Notes under the pieces: model-generated
Told to the model about the DNA's origin: nothing
Seen by the model: the letters and a program-made list of their open reading frames with translations, nothing else
Database searches by the model: none
Origin: a virus
Lineage: Duplodnaviria; Heunggongvirae; Uroviricota; Caudoviricetes
Strand: one strand, 5' to 3'
DNA length: 45,327 nucleotides
IMG/VR virus record: IMGVR_UViG_2737471992_000006
Program-made: the position numbers and the translations under genes
In this document: positions 20,309-30,004 of the stretch, piece by piece
Position numbering within the stretch: position 1 is the first letter of the stretch
Layout of the letters: each line of letters opens with the position of its first letter

Positions 20309-21817
20309 TTATTCTTCGGACTGGTCGTCGGTGTGCTGCGGCTCCTGTCGTTTCGTTGCGGCACTGCTGCCTCCTTTATCACTGGCCGGATCGGTATCAA
20401 ATACCAGATCCAGCTTGCGGTTTTCATCAATTTCGGCCTTGCGCCGACGTTTGACATCATCCGGATTACGACCACCAGCACGTACCCAGTCTGATTCTGT
20501 CGCCGCTCCACCACGAATCTGGATTTTCCAGGCCTCAGCCTCCTTAACAGGGTCAATCCACGGCATCACTGGTCCGGAATACACCGCGGTATACAGTGAA
20601 GAACGGTCAAGATCGCGGGGTAGCCTGATAACACCGGATGCCACAGCCTGTTTCAGCCAGGCACGATACATCGGGCGGGTGACGGCACCAATAAACCAGT
20701 CCTGCAGGATCAGGTAGCCATCAGTAGACTCAACCAGTTCCTGACGCTGGGCGCTGTAAGTGCCGTTATAGTTGCGTGCCGTACTGGAAAAACTCAGACG
20801 ACTGCCCGCCGCCACGGCACGCAACTGACCATTACGAAAAGTTTCAAGGTTAGGATTGGGACGATCCGACTTCACCATTCCGATTTCTTCGCCGGGTTTC
20901 AGATCGTCGTAAATAATGCCTGGCTGAATGGTAAGCTCGCGTTCATTCTCCTTGCTGCCATTACCATCCGGTTCATAGCTCTGCCCGTCGCCTTTCCGGA
21001 TGTACATCCCCAGAGCAGCGGCGATCCTTGCTGCAGTCAGCTCAGAATCTTCATACTCTTTCAGGGCACTGAGGCGGATCAGCACACCGGACAACAAAGA
21101 CGTCCCGCGCATCTGGTGCAGACGGCGAACAAATTTAAGATGCAGCATTCGCTCTGCATCCACTTCTTTGGTTTCCATCTGCCGCCCGGATACGGGACGG
21201 CTTTTATACACCAGATATTTTTCGGGACGCCCCCAGTCATCAACAAACACGCCCTGATTCAGCCTGTTGCTCTCATCACTGGTCATGGGAATAAAGTCCG
21301 GCTCGAGCGCCTCCAGCCAGAAATGAACACCGGCAGAAGGCGTCAGGCTGTTTATGCGCCCGGAAACCATCTGGGCAAACACCTCACCATCGCGCAGCCA
21401 GGTACGCAGCATCAGACGTTCCAGCATCGGACGGGTAAACTGCCCGGTGACTTCCGGACTGACAGACCATTCACTCCATCGGGTGCGTATCTCCGCTGCC
21501 AGATCACGGGCAATGGCCCCATTGCGTAATACCGGATGTGGCTCGACAATAATCCCGTTTTTCCCCACCACCCGTTCTTCCAGCTTGTCAAATACACCAA
21601 TAACCAGATCGTGGTTGTTATCAAGGTAACGGGCCTGCTCACGTAACGACACGGCCCCGTACTGGCTTAACTGGTCGGCAGTTCGGTTTTCCCGCCGGGC
21701 TTTGTGTGTCCGCGTCGTTTTTACGGCCTCATAAGCCTGGATCACCGCACGGGAACGCAGCCTTGCCGCTTTCCATCCTGGTGAAAAAACGCCAATCACA
21801 TCATCAAGAATTGCCAT
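20309..21817 (-). CDS. portal protein
   Basis: 502 aa from the ATG at 21817, which overlaps the gpW stop (TGATG); size and position between W and the protease/capsid gene; acidic C-terminus. Confidence 0.8.
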   Translation of the reverse strand: MAILDDVIGVFSPGWKAARLRSRAVIQAYEAVKTTRTHKARRENRTADQLSQYGAVSLREQARYLDNNHDLVIGVFDKLEERVVGKNGIIVEPHPVLRNGAIARDLAAEIRTRWSEWSVSPEVTGQFTRPMLERLMLRTWLRDGEVFAQMVSGRINSLTPSAGVHFWLEALEPDFIPMTSDESNRLNQGVFVDDWGRPEKYLVYKSRPVSGRQMETKEVDAERMLHLKFVRRLHQMRGTSLLSGVLIRLSALKEYEDSELTAARIAAALGMYIRKGDGQSYEPDGNGSKENERELTIQPGIIYDDLKPGEEIGMVKSDRPNPNLETFRNGQLRAVAAGSRLSFSSTARNYNGTYSAQRQELVESTDGYLILQDWFIGAVTRPMYRAWLKQAVASGVIRLPRDLDRSSLYTAVYSGPVMPWIDPVKEAEAWKIQIRGGAATESDWVRAGGRNPDDVKRRRKAEIDENRKLDLVFDTDPASDKGGSSAATKRQEPQHTDDQSEE

Positions 21818-22035
21818 CAGAACCTCGCCAGCCGGTACCCGGGATGCCCCCGTCGTCGTGTAATCAGAGCCGCAAGGCGGCGCTCCCACTCCTGCCGTCC
21901 CTGCCGGATCTCAGATAAGTTTTCCATGGTCATCTGCTGACCATTAAAGGTGACGGATTTTCCGTCCAGCACCGCCATTTCAGCTTCCGTATAACGCTGA
22001 ATCATGGCTTCGATATCATTCTGGTTCATAACCAT
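21817..22035 (-). CDS. W: gpW-like head-tail joining protein
   Basis: 72 aa; C-terminus RRRGHPGYRLARF resembles lambda gpW; its start overlaps the large-terminase stop. Confidence 0.75.
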   Translation of the reverse strand: MVMNQNDIEAMIQRYTEAEMAVLDGKSVTFNGQQMTMENLSEIRQGRQEWERRLAALITRRRGHPGYRLARF

Positions 22036-24128
22036 CCTCCGGAAGTCAGCCAGGGGTTAACATCGTCAGTTACTGTTTTCTTCCGTTTTTGTTTTTTAAC
22101 AGGCGTGGATACCGGTTCCGGTGAGGGTGACGGTTCGGTACTGTCCGGGACACACTCCAGCCAGGTTTCCCGGCTCGCCCACTCCGGTGCATCCGGCCAG
22201 CGGATCTTTTCGTATCCATGCAGAATGACCAGAGCCTCGGCATACACCATCAGGTCAAAAGCTTCATTGGCACCGCGACCCGGCTTACTCCATTTCCCGT
22301 CACTACTCCGCTCTTCATACGTCAGTTCGTCGTAAAACCAGCTCCCCAGCCAGTCAGGGAAATGCACATAGCCGGGACCTGGCGAGTCACGCCATAACGC
22401 GTTATTCACCCGGTCTTTCAGGGCATCCGTCTGAAGAAGCCAGAGCGGCACATCACCTGCGGCCTGCGCCCGTCGGCCCGTTCGTCCGGTGTTATCAGGG
22501 AATGTACGGGTGATCAGTTTTGCGCGCCGGATGCTGTCGCCCTTAAACAGGTAAATACGTTTACCAAGGCCATCACGACGGCAACGACGCCAGAATTTAT
22601 AGGCATTATCAGTGACCCCGTCTTCACCACCGGAGTCCACCGCCATTGCCATCAGTCGCATTTGTTGAGAAGGATCGGAGGCCAGCGGCCAGCTTTTATG
22701 AAAAACATCCGTCAGCAGGACATCCCAGTCTTCCGGATAGCTGGCCGGATCAATTCGCTGGCTCTCCCCGTCGCTGTCACCGCGCAATGACTGCGTGATG
22801 TTGTAACGATCAATAATCCAGCGTTCGCCACGGCTGCCATAGCCCGTTACCTGAACCACAAAACGGCGATGACGTCCCGCCTGCACATCCACTGTCGCCA
22901 CAAGGAAATTAACGCCATCTGGCACACTGCGGGAAGGAACTGGCTCTGCCCGCTGCTCAAGCAGTTCACTTTTTCGTTGCTCCATGCTGGCACGGGGAAG
23001 ATAAGGTAATCCCCAGTCGGTATTGATAACCGTCTTGAGTGTTTCTTCACTTCCGGTTGTCTCGTATTCCTGTTCTGCAGTAAGCAGTTTGTAAACGAGT
23101 TGCGAGAGTGTCTGGTAAGCAGCTGCCGGACCCTCCATCCAGAATGACGCAATACGTGAGCGTCGGGGATCACCATAACGACTGCCATCCGCATTGATGG
23201 ATTCACCATCCCGCAACCAGACCCCACGTCCGTTCAGCTCACGTTTTTGTTCAGGCATAATCCGTCCTGAACAGGAAGGACACTGAATATAAGCCGCCTC
23301 ACTTGCCAGCACGGGATCGGCAATATCACGGAAACCAGCAACCACATCGCCGCAGGGCTGAAAATACTCACCACAGTGTGGACAGGGCCAGTACCAGCGA
23401 CGGCGATCGCCACGGTTATAGAGCGACAGTATCCCCGTGGTTGGTGGAGCCTCATGCGGTGAAGTCCGTCGCCATTTCACATCCTTCACATCCCTGCCGG
23501 GGGAACTCTCCACCAGCGTCATACCACTGGACATAAATGTGGTGGTACGTTTTGAGGCAAGAGAGAAGGCATCCCCCTCGCCATCAATATCTTCCGGAAA
23601 ACGGTCATAATCCGTCAGCGCCACGCATTTATAATCTGATGAGGACATGATATTGACTGACGGCCAGCCGATTTTCAGGTAGTTGCCAGCAAGGAATGTT
23701 CTGTCATAAACGTTGTTGTCATTTTTGTTCGGACTCAGGCGACTGACCACTTCCGGGCTGACGCGAAACGTTCTGGCAAGTCGTTTTTTGGAGTGTTCGC
23801 GGGCTTTTTCCTCCGTCATCTGAATGATCAGCATATCAGCAGGATCGCAAATCACATTGTAAATCACCCAGCCGTCAATCAGGCCGATAGTCTTGCCAGT
23901 TCGTGCCGGGCCAACAAATATCACTGCGTCGTATTCACGCGAGGCCAGGCAGTTCATCGGCTCAATAACATACGGTGCCACCAGCGGATCCCACGGGACT
24001 GAATTCCCGGCCCCCATGGGCACCCGCATATACTGAGCAACGGCATCAGCAACCCGCATTCGTCTCGGTGCGCGAAGGATATAACCTGAATCGGTTCGTG
24101 CTGCCTTTGCGGTTTCCTGATTCAGCAT
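22026..24128 (-). CDS. terminase large subunit (lambda gpA-like)
   Basis: 700 aa; ATPase region (VGPARTGKT) and C-terminal nuclease region collinear with lambda A. Confidence 0.9.
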   Translation of the reverse strand: MLNQETAKAARTDSGYILRAPRRMRVADAVAQYMRVPMGAGNSVPWDPLVAPYVIEPMNCLASREYDAVIFVGPARTGKTIGLIDGWVIYNVICDPADMLIIQMTEEKAREHSKKRLARTFRVSPEVVSRLSPNKNDNNVYDRTFLAGNYLKIGWPSVNIMSSSDYKCVALTDYDRFPEDIDGEGDAFSLASKRTTTFMSSGMTLVESSPGRDVKDVKWRRTSPHEAPPTTGILSLYNRGDRRRWYWPCPHCGEYFQPCGDVVAGFRDIADPVLASEAAYIQCPSCSGRIMPEQKRELNGRGVWLRDGESINADGSRYGDPRRSRIASFWMEGPAAAYQTLSQLVYKLLTAEQEYETTGSEETLKTVINTDWGLPYLPRASMEQRKSELLEQRAEPVPSRSVPDGVNFLVATVDVQAGRHRRFVVQVTGYGSRGERWIIDRYNITQSLRGDSDGESQRIDPASYPEDWDVLLTDVFHKSWPLASDPSQQMRLMAMAVDSGGEDGVTDNAYKFWRRCRRDGLGKRIYLFKGDSIRRAKLITRTFPDNTGRTGRRAQAAGDVPLWLLQTDALKDRVNNALWRDSPGPGYVHFPDWLGSWFYDELTYEERSSDGKWSKPGRGANEAFDLMVYAEALVILHGYEKIRWPDAPEWASRETWLECVPDSTEPSPSPEPVSTPVKKQKRKKTVTDDVNPWLTSGGWL

Positions 24129-24619
24129 TACTCCTCCTGCTGTAATTCCTCCTCATCATCCGCACCTGCTTCGGTCACCCGCAGGGCTATCTGATCGCGC
24201 AGATCATCAATAATGGACTGAACACGGCTCACAGCGGCAGGCTGCAGGCCGCAGTCACGTTCCAGAATATCCGGTAATGTCTCCAGCACCTGCACGACCG
24301 CTTTTGCCCAGATGGCAAACTCCCGTCTGACATCACTGGCCGGAATGAGTTGTGCCGTTTCCTGTTCGAACTTAAGACGCTCACGTTCAGACTGATACCA
24401 GGCTTTGCGTTCATGTGGATCCATTTCGCCCTCAGCAACCGGCGGTGGTAACCCCATAAATTCAGTCAGAATATCGGTCAACCGGTATAGCTTGAGTTTG
24501 TCATGTCCACCAGCGGGACGAATGTTTTTCAGTCTTGCCACGACAGTCTGGCGGTGCAGACCAGATAAAGCCGCCAGTTGATTAATATTCAGCACCAGGT
24601 TTTTCAACTCATGATCCAT
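24128..24619 (-). CDS. terminase small subunit (Nu1-like, winged-helix N-terminus)
   Basis: 163 aa, GGAGGA Shine-Dalgarno, acidic C-terminal tail; directly upstream of the large subunit with a 1-nt overlap. Confidence 0.85.
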   Translation of the reverse strand: MDHELKNLVLNINQLAALSGLHRQTVVARLKNIRPAGGHDKLKLYRLTDILTEFMGLPPPVAEGEMDPHERKAWYQSERERLKFEQETAQLIPASDVRREFAIWAKAVVQVLETLPDILERDCGLQPAAVSRVQSIIDDLRDQIALRVTEAGADDEEELQQEE

Positions 24620-24760
24620 ATTTCCTCCGGAGAGCTTTAAACATGCATCGTGCGAACAACTTTAAGAAAACGCGTTCGATGTCGAACAAAAAACACTCAA
24701 TTCGACATACAAAAAACAAATAATCATTAATAATCAATAAGATGAAAAGATGATGGTGGC
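24620..24760. other. putative cos / terminase-recognition region
   Basis: Immediately upstream of the Nu1-like start; 8-bp inverted repeat ATGTCGAA (24679..24686) / TTCGACAT (24701..24708) within GTTCGA motifs, followed by an A-rich tract. The cosN nick site could not be located. Confidence 0.35.
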
Positions 24761-24861
24761 CGATAAAAATGCAAAAACTAGCCTTTTTCCGCGACGCTCA
24801 CGCCCCGTGGCAGGCCACCCCACCGGGAGGACCCGTCAGCCTGACAGCCATGACGAACGTC

Positions 24862-25137
24862 TTATACAGCCCTTGCATGAATGGCATCGGGATAATCCAG
24901 AAAGGAATAGCATCGACCCACAAGAATCTGTGTGAGTGTCCTGTTTCTTCCACCCCCGCACAGGACTGGCGAGCATGAGGGACAACCCCGCGAACCATAA
25001 CCGCGCTGATGACAGGACTGGCCCGGCTTGTATTGCTTCCAGCCTTCGCTTTTGTGGCTTTTGCAATAGCCTGACGGATCTGTGGTGGTATTGCGGTAGC
25101 CGCGACCACGGCAGGTTTTTGGGGTTCGTGGGGGCAT
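24862..25137 (-). CDS. Cys-rich small ORF, possibly a degenerate HNH-type endonuclease gene
   Basis: ATG at 25137 preceded by GGAG; the 91-aa product is Cys/Arg/Gly-rich. Neighbouring frames carry HNH-tail-like fragments (LSRCHSC), so the gene may be frameshifted. Low confidence. Confidence 0.25.
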   Translation of the reverse strand: MPPRTPKTCRGRGYRNTTTDPSGYCKSHKSEGWKQYKPGQSCHQRGYGSRGCPSCSPVLCGGGRNRTLTQILVGRCYSFLDYPDAIHARAV

Positions 25138-25360
25138 ATGTACTCCAATGAAGAAGCCACCAACATAGCCTCCTCCATTTATCGTGAAACTATTTTCATC
25201 TACCCAGTAATGAATTCTTTGAAGAGTCGAGATCAATACAACTCACTGATGGGAGAGGCTTGTCTCACGCGTAAGGCAAGTTTCCTGTTTGATTTACTGG
25301 ACAGTATAGGGGGGCAGAATGCCTTCCTCACTCGAATCACATCAATTAAGGAGGTTCAAC

Positions 25361-25483
25361 ATGTTTCATTCCACAAGTCATCAGGCTGTAATTATGGCAG
25401 CATCAGTTTGTGCCACAGACCTTTTCCGCTTCACTTTGAGCCTGATTCATTTCTACCTGACCGGCTCGCCTCTATCTTTCTAA
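25361..25483 (+). CDS. 40-aa small ORF with a strong ribosome-binding site (not in the ORF track)
   Basis: TAAGGAGGT, 6-nt spacer, ATG at 25361, TAA at 25481..25483; moderately hydrophobic product. Could be chance. Confidence 0.2.
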   Translation: MFHSTSHQAVIMAASVCATDLFRFTLSLIHFYLTGSPLSF

Positions 25484-25632
25484 TCCCCGATTTATCCAAA
25501 TTTCACTGCCATAATGCCGACATTCTCTGCCATTGTTGGCTCCGTTTATCCGTTAAAAGGGATATCAGTTAAGTTATCCCGTGCAGGGTATAAGCCATTA
25601 TCAAACCCACCCGTAGATAGGCTTTGTAATGG

Positions 25633-26151
25633 CTACTTCTTCAGAAATGATTCGATGAATTCACGTCGAGGATGACGATAGTTCAGAATATCTTCTGGCA
25701 TCCTCATAAAGCGGTTGTTGCCGTCTTTGGCAGTAACAAAACAGCTGTGAACTCCGCAGACATCCGTTTTGATCGTGTCGCTATACTCAAAAAGCAACTG
25801 AGCCATCTTCTCTTGCCATTCTGGAGGCATAGCCTCCATGAATACTCGCGGCATCACGCAGAACGACGCATGCGTAAGACCAAACCACAGTTGCAGGTCT
25901 TTACGATATTCTTCATCCATCGTCTTTACCTTTGTTGCAATAAAAAGCCCCGCGAATGCGAGGCTAAATCCTGGTGTTTGTGATGACTGGCTCTTATCTA
26001 AACGCAGCCCCTTACCGCGCGCCAAATGCTCAACTTTAAGCATCAGCAATGAGATGTTTAATCTGGATTCACTCCAGAAGTGATCACCACCCTGTCTACA
26101 GAACCAGATGTGAAGGATGATGAGTAAAATTATCTCTATCATCGAAGGCAT
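25633..26151 (-). CDS. hypothetical protein between Rz and cos (possible N-terminal transmembrane helix plus cytoplasmic domain)
   Basis: 172-aa ORF directly after Rz/Rz1; an internal start at MDEEYRK (~95 aa) is also possible; family not recognised. Confidence 0.5.
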   Translation of the reverse strand: MPSMIEIILLIILHIWFCRQGGDHFWSESRLNISLLMLKVEHLARGKGLRLDKSQSSQTPGFSLAFAGLFIATKVKTMDEEYRKDLQLWFGLTHASFCVMPRVFMEAMPPEWQEKMAQLLFEYSDTIKTDVCGVHSCFVTAKDGNNRFMRMPEDILNYRHPRREFIESFLKK

Positions 26152-26606
26152 TGCGTCCTGATATATTCCTGAAGCGTTCTCAGTGCTGTCTGGTCTCTGA
26201 TGATTCCGTCCCGGATACCGAGAACGTTTCGTCCAGCAACTGGAGAGAGTTCGACGGTGGCATCATTGCCCATACCGGAGGCGCTGGAGGTTTCGGCTGA
26301 GGATGGCACAGGGCATTTTCCTTTGACGAACACCCGACCACCATTATCAAGCTTGCGCCGAAGAGCATCATTTTTAGCTTTCGCATCAGCTAACTCCTTC
26401 GTGTATTTAGCATCGAGTGCATCAGCAGCACGCTGGCGCTGCTGCATGTCAGTAATGGTGGCGGTCGCCTGCTTCAGCTCACTGACTTTTTTATCACGCT
26501 GTTCTTTATAGGCGATGGCGTTATCACGATAATGATTGACCGCCCACGACAGGCAGACGATGATGCAGATAACCAGAGCATAAATAATCGCGGCGACTCT
26601 GCTCAC
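26139..26606 (-). CDS. Rz: i-spanin Rz
   Basis: Lambda Rz-like ([27 protein letters not shown]...); GTG at 26606 overlaps the endolysin stop (GTGA). Confidence 0.85.
   Translation of the reverse strand: MSRVAAIIYALVICIIVCLSWAVNHYRDNAIAYKEQRDKKVSELKQATATITDMQQRQRAADALDAKYTKELADAKAKNDALRRKLDNGGRVFVKGKCPVPSSAETSSASGMGNDATVELSPVAGRNVLGIRDGIIRDQTALRTLQEYIRTQCLR
26180..26386 (-). CDS. Rz1: o-spanin Rz1 (lipoprotein embedded in the +1 frame of Rz)
   Basis: 68 aa with a lipobox (VVGC) and Pro-rich segment, nested wholly inside Rz as in lambda. Confidence 0.8.
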   Translation of the reverse strand: MRKLKMMLFGASLIMVVGCSSKENALCHPQPKPPAPPVWAMMPPSNSLQLLDETFSVSGTESSETRQH

Positions 26607-27136
26607 TGATCTATCCCCCAACAGGCTAATGCGCTTTCCTGGTCACGACGAATAACTTGCCCATAGCAGTTATTTGAACGTATGCGGCAATCGCGCCCAC
26701 CATCTTTTATCCACCAGCGAATCGCCTCGCATGCACCTTTACGATCACCAGCATTCAGCCGCTTATAAAACGTCGACGGAAAACACTTACCGGGGCCAAT
26801 GTTATAGGGACAAAATGACGCGATACCCGCTTTTTGTGGCTCGGTCAGTGGTACTTTAATATTGCGCTCCACCCATGCCAGCGCCTTATCACGCTCAATG
26901 GCGTTGACCTGGTCGCATTTTTCCTTCGACAGTTTCATACCGGGAAAAACGGGTTTTCCATCCACCATCGTGGCACCCCGACAGATGGTCCAGATGCCGG
27001 ACCCATCGCGGTATGCCGTTGTGTGGTTACCTTCTTTTTCATCCAGAAACTGGTCGAGAATATCAGGCGCGGGCGCACCGACGGCAATCAGTGCCAGAAC
27101 GGCAGCCGACAGGCCGTATCTGATTTTTGCGTTCAT
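26603..27136 (-). CDS. R: SAR endolysin (T4-lysozyme-like muramidase with N-terminal signal-anchor-release domain)
   Basis: 177 aa; N-terminal weakly hydrophobic Gly/Ala-rich segment ([16 protein letters not shown]) followed by a lysozyme catalytic region, as in phage 21 and P1 endolysins. Confidence 0.85.
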   Translation of the reverse strand: MNAKIRYGLSAAVLALIAVGAPAPDILDQFLDEKEGNHTTAYRDGSGIWTICRGATMVDGKPVFPGMKLSKEKCDQVNAIERDKALAWVERNIKVPLTEPQKAGIASFCPYNIGPGKCFPSTFYKRLNAGDRKGACEAIRWWIKDGGRDCRIRSNNCYGQVIRRDQESALACWGIDQ

Positions 27137-27199
27137 GGATATTTATCAGGATTTATCGGTTTCTGCCCACGGACAGGTTTATCTGTTCCGGTCAGTGAC

Positions 27200-27550
27200 T
27201 TAAGGTTGTGATTCCGGAGGAGTCTTCAGAGAACCAGTAATCCTTCCCGGTAGCTTTCCTTTGTAGGTTATCCATACATTCTGCGCCTCTAAAATTACGG
27301 GGCGCTTTTCCGGCGACTGCTCATCCCCTTCACATAACCCGGCAGCGACATCCAGGAAGACCTGTCTGATGCTCCTTCTGGCCGCTGCCTCATAAAACTC
27401 CAGCGCAGCACCTTCAACACGGTCCAGCGAGATGTCCAGGTCAAAAATTTCACCGTCAAAGCGTTCTTTGTCCTGTAATGCTAAAGTTACCGTAACTTTA
27501 TTCTCAAAATTGCGGATCCCTTTCACAATCAGTTCATAGTTTTGAGTCAT
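27200..27550 (-). CDS. hypothetical soluble acidic protein inserted between holin and endolysin
   Basis: 116 aa; GGGGAG Shine-Dalgarno; the ATG lies 5 nt after the holin stop; no transmembrane segment. Confidence 0.6.
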   Translation of the reverse strand: MTQNYELIVKGIRNFENKVTVTLALQDKERFDGEIFDLDISLDRVEGAALEFYEAAARRSIRQVFLDVAAGLCEGDEQSPEKRPVILEAQNVWITYKGKLPGRITGSLKTPPESQP

Positions 27551-27554
27551 TGAA

Positions 27555-27770
27555 TTACTCTCCCCGTGCAGCCTTACGCTTGTCTTCTTTAATCTTGAAA
27601 TAAAGGTTTGTCAGATACGTCAGCAAGCCAAATACCAGACTACCCAGCACACCTATTGCCGCCCACTGTGAGGGCGTGACTTTATCGAGCAACTGTAAAA
27701 ACCAGTACCCGGCACTACCTGCTGAGGTGCCATAGGCGACACCCGTTGTTAACTTATCCATGGATTTCAT
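27555..27770 (-). CDS. S: class II pinholin (S21-like) with dual-start motif
   Basis: Near-identical in pattern to phage 21 S ([13 protein letters not shown]...[11 protein letters not shown]...NLYFKI.ED.RKAARGE); ATGs at 27770 (M-K-S-M) and 27761 give the antiholin/holin pair; GAGGTGG Shine-Dalgarno. Confidence 0.9.
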
Positions 27771-27802
27771 AACCCCACCTCGCAGATGCGGGTGCTGTGT
27801 AA

Positions 27803-27831
27803 TGGAAATAAAAAGGCCACCTGACGTGGCC
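27803..27831 (-). terminator. intrinsic terminator between the methyltransferase gene and S
   Basis: Minus strand GGCCAC-GTCAG-GTGGCC followed by TTTTTATTT. Confidence 0.6.
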
Positions 27832-27837
27832 ACCAGA

Positions 27838-28890
27838 TTATTTCCCCACCAGCTCGTTTATCTCTTTCACTGTCTGGTTAAACCGCTCTGACTCAAGCTC
27901 AACACCTAAGGCCCGACGCCCCAGCGCCATTGCTGCTTTTATTGTGGAACCGGATCCCATAAAAAAATCAGCAACCAGATCACCAGGTCGACTACTGGCA
28001 TTGATTATTTGCCTGAGCATATCCGCCGGTTTCTCACACGGATGTTTACCCGGGTAGAACTGAACGGGTTTATGCATCCAGACATCGGTATAAGGCACGG
28101 AGACTGATACGGAGAAATAGCGCCGGAGAGATTTAAACTCATCCAGCAATTCAGAATATTTGCGATTCAGTGAATCATAAGATGCCACCAGCTGGTGGTG
28201 TGGTTGTTCCAGTTGTTGTTCCTGAAACTTCTCTGCCGCTATACGGGAAAACAGTGCCTGTAACTTCCGATAGTCAGCCTCATTCGGCAACTGCCACTGA
28301 CTGGCACCAAACCAGTGGGAAACCATATTTTTCTTACCTGTGGCTTCGGCAATTTGTTTTGCCGTTATACCCAGTTCGGCACGAGCATCCCTGAAATACG
28401 ATATCAGCGGTGCCATTATGTGCTGTTTGAGTTCCCTTTCTTTTGCCGCATAGCCGTCACTTTTGCCGCGATATGGCCCCTGGTAATGTTCAGCAAACAG
28501 AACGCGCTCTGTGGCAGGAAAATATGCGCGCAGACTTTCTTTATTACACCCATTCCAACGTCCGGACGGCTTCGCCCAGATGATATGGTTAAGCACGTTG
28601 AAACGTTCACGCATCATGATCTCAATATCAGATGCCAGGCGATGCCCACAGAACAGGTAAAGGCTTCCGGCAGGTTTTAACACCCGCCAGAACTGGGCCA
28701 GACAGTGGTCCAGCCACTTAAGGTAATCTTCGTCCCCTTTCCACTGATTGTCCCAGCCGTTGGGTTTCACCTTGAAGTACGGCGGATCGGTAACAATCAG
28801 GTCAATGGAATCATCAGGCAGGGACTGAATAAAATGCAGGCAATCAGCGTTGATTAAATCAACACTGTTTATTTTTACAGTATTTTTCAT
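27838..28890 (-). CDS. orphan DNA amino-methyltransferase, beta-class (DPPY before FxGxG)
   Basis: 350 aa; motif [10 protein letters not shown] near the N-terminus and AdoMet motif FFMGSGST near the C-terminus; no restriction partner nearby; weak Shine-Dalgarno. Confidence 0.8.
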
Positions 28891-29040
28891 GGATCAGTAA
28901 GCGTAACTCTGGTAGGCTCACTCTGCTTTTGCGCTAAAGCAGTGGGCCGTGGTTCGCTTGTGACCAGTAAGCATGAGCGAATGGCTGGCAGGTGCTACCA
29001 ACACCCACCAGCCGCCCATTTTCACAGCAGGAAACCGCCA

Positions 29041-29268
29041 TTACTGGCAGCGTCTGAATTTATTCCCGTACCCGCCGTTATCCTTCGCCAGACCCGCCAG
29101 AACTAACTGAGTCAGTATTAACTGGCACCGGGCTTCGCTTACTCCGGTAGTTCTCGTCATCATGCGTGGCGTTACCCACTTGTCAGCAGGTAAGAAATGA
29201 AGGACTGCTGCGGCGGTTTCTGTCATATCTTGCTGTTTTAGCATGTCTTTTTCCCTTCTGGTTAACAT
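29041..29268 (-). CDS. small winged-helix-like protein (unknown function)
   Basis: 75 aa; helix-turn-helix-like stretch (TTGVSEARCQLILTQLVLAGLA); weak ribosome-binding site, so only moderately supported. Confidence 0.4.
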   Translation of the reverse strand: MLTRREKDMLKQQDMTETAAAVLHFLPADKWVTPRMMTRTTGVSEARCQLILTQLVLAGLAKDNGGYGNKFRRCQ

Positions 29269-29362
29269 GACATACCAATAACTCTTGTCTAAAAAGCCAG
29301 CAAGATAAAAAGTCAGTATTCACGACCACCAGCGTGTTTACTGTACTGCACCAGGTTTACAG

Positions 29363-29390
29363 GTACAAAAAAACCGCTCAGCGGCGGGTT
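29363..29390 (-). terminator. intrinsic terminator (tR' candidate)
   Basis: Minus strand AACCCGCCGCTGAGCGG hairpin followed by TTTTTTT. Confidence 0.5.
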
Positions 29391-29421
29391 TAAGTTGTGT
29401 GGCGAAGTAACCACTCTTAAC

Positions 29422-29450
29422 AGCATATTTGATTTTTTACGATTGTAAAC
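29422..29450 (-). promoter_or_regulatory. candidate late promoter PR' (TTTACA -35, 16-nt spacer, TATGCT -10)
   Basis: Sigma70-like hexamers on the minus strand between Q and the 29363 terminator; purely sequence-based. Confidence 0.2.
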
Positions 29451-29452
29451 GG

Positions 29453-29480
29453 TTGATTATTCATCTCCAATAAAAATAAT
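29453..29480 (+). promoter_or_regulatory. promoter of the lipoprotein moron (TTGATT -35, 16 nt, AATAAT -10)
   Basis: Hexamers ~35 nt upstream of the lipoprotein ATG. Confidence 0.35.
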
Positions 29481-29514
29481 TGTGTGGGTATGCCCTTAAC
29501 AATGGATAAGAAAC

Positions 29515-29961
29515 ATGAATAAAATGACTGTATTATTACTTAGCGCAACTATCATTTCAGGTTGTACTTCTTCCGTACCATTGATAAAGAAAACTCAATC
29601 AGGAAAACCTGAGGGGGTTTATCAAAATACGACAAAAGATAAAGTCAAAGATGCCCTTGTGAATTACTGCAATAGTAGAGGGTTGATAATTTACAACGCG
29701 GATAACAGCAGTGTTATATGTGGTAAAGAACTGGAAGGCGGGTCTGCTGTTTTTGGACAAATGTTAATCGGCAATGCCTATTCAACAACCCCGGTATCAA
29801 AAGTCAAATTTACTATCGCTCAAGTTAATAACGATACAAAAGTGTGGGCCGATATGTGGATGGAAACTCAAATGGCAATGGGGCAAGTACAACAAATGGC
29901 TATAACAGACAACGCAAGCAAAAACACTATCCAACAACGTCTTGATGAATTAAAACCTTAA
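29515..29961 (+). CDS. lipoprotein moron (signal peptide + lipobox ISGC), unknown function
   Basis: 148 aa, AT-rich codon usage, opposite strand to all flanking phage genes, with its own promoter and a downstream hairpin. Confidence 0.75.
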   Translation: MNKMTVLLLSATIISGCTSSVPLIKKTQSGKPEGVYQNTTKDKVKDALVNYCNSRGLIIYNADNSSVICGKELEGGSAVFGQMLIGNAYSTTPVSKVKFTIAQVNNDTKVWADMWMETQMAMGQVQQMAITDNASKNTIQQRLDELKP

Positions 29962-29982
29962 GTAAATTAATTAAATAAAATG

Positions 29983-30004
29983 GGGAGAATAAATCGACTC
30001 CCCA
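29983..30004. terminator. bidirectional hairpin between the lipoprotein gene and Q
   Basis: GGGGAG-N10-CTCCCC; the T-rich run is on the minus-strand side (after Q), weaker on the plus side. Confidence 0.4.

Noticed and set aside
20296-20556. N-terminal extension of the protease/capsid ORF (739-aa version)
   Set aside because: The extension overlaps the portal gene end and is Arg/Pro-rich; the ATG at 20295 just after the portal stop gives a protease domain of normal length.
25138-25572. 144-aa plus-strand ORF in the Rz-cos interval
   Set aside because: AT-rich, low-complexity, no ribosome-binding site at its start; the Shine-Dalgarno-led 40-aa ORF inside it is in a different frame.
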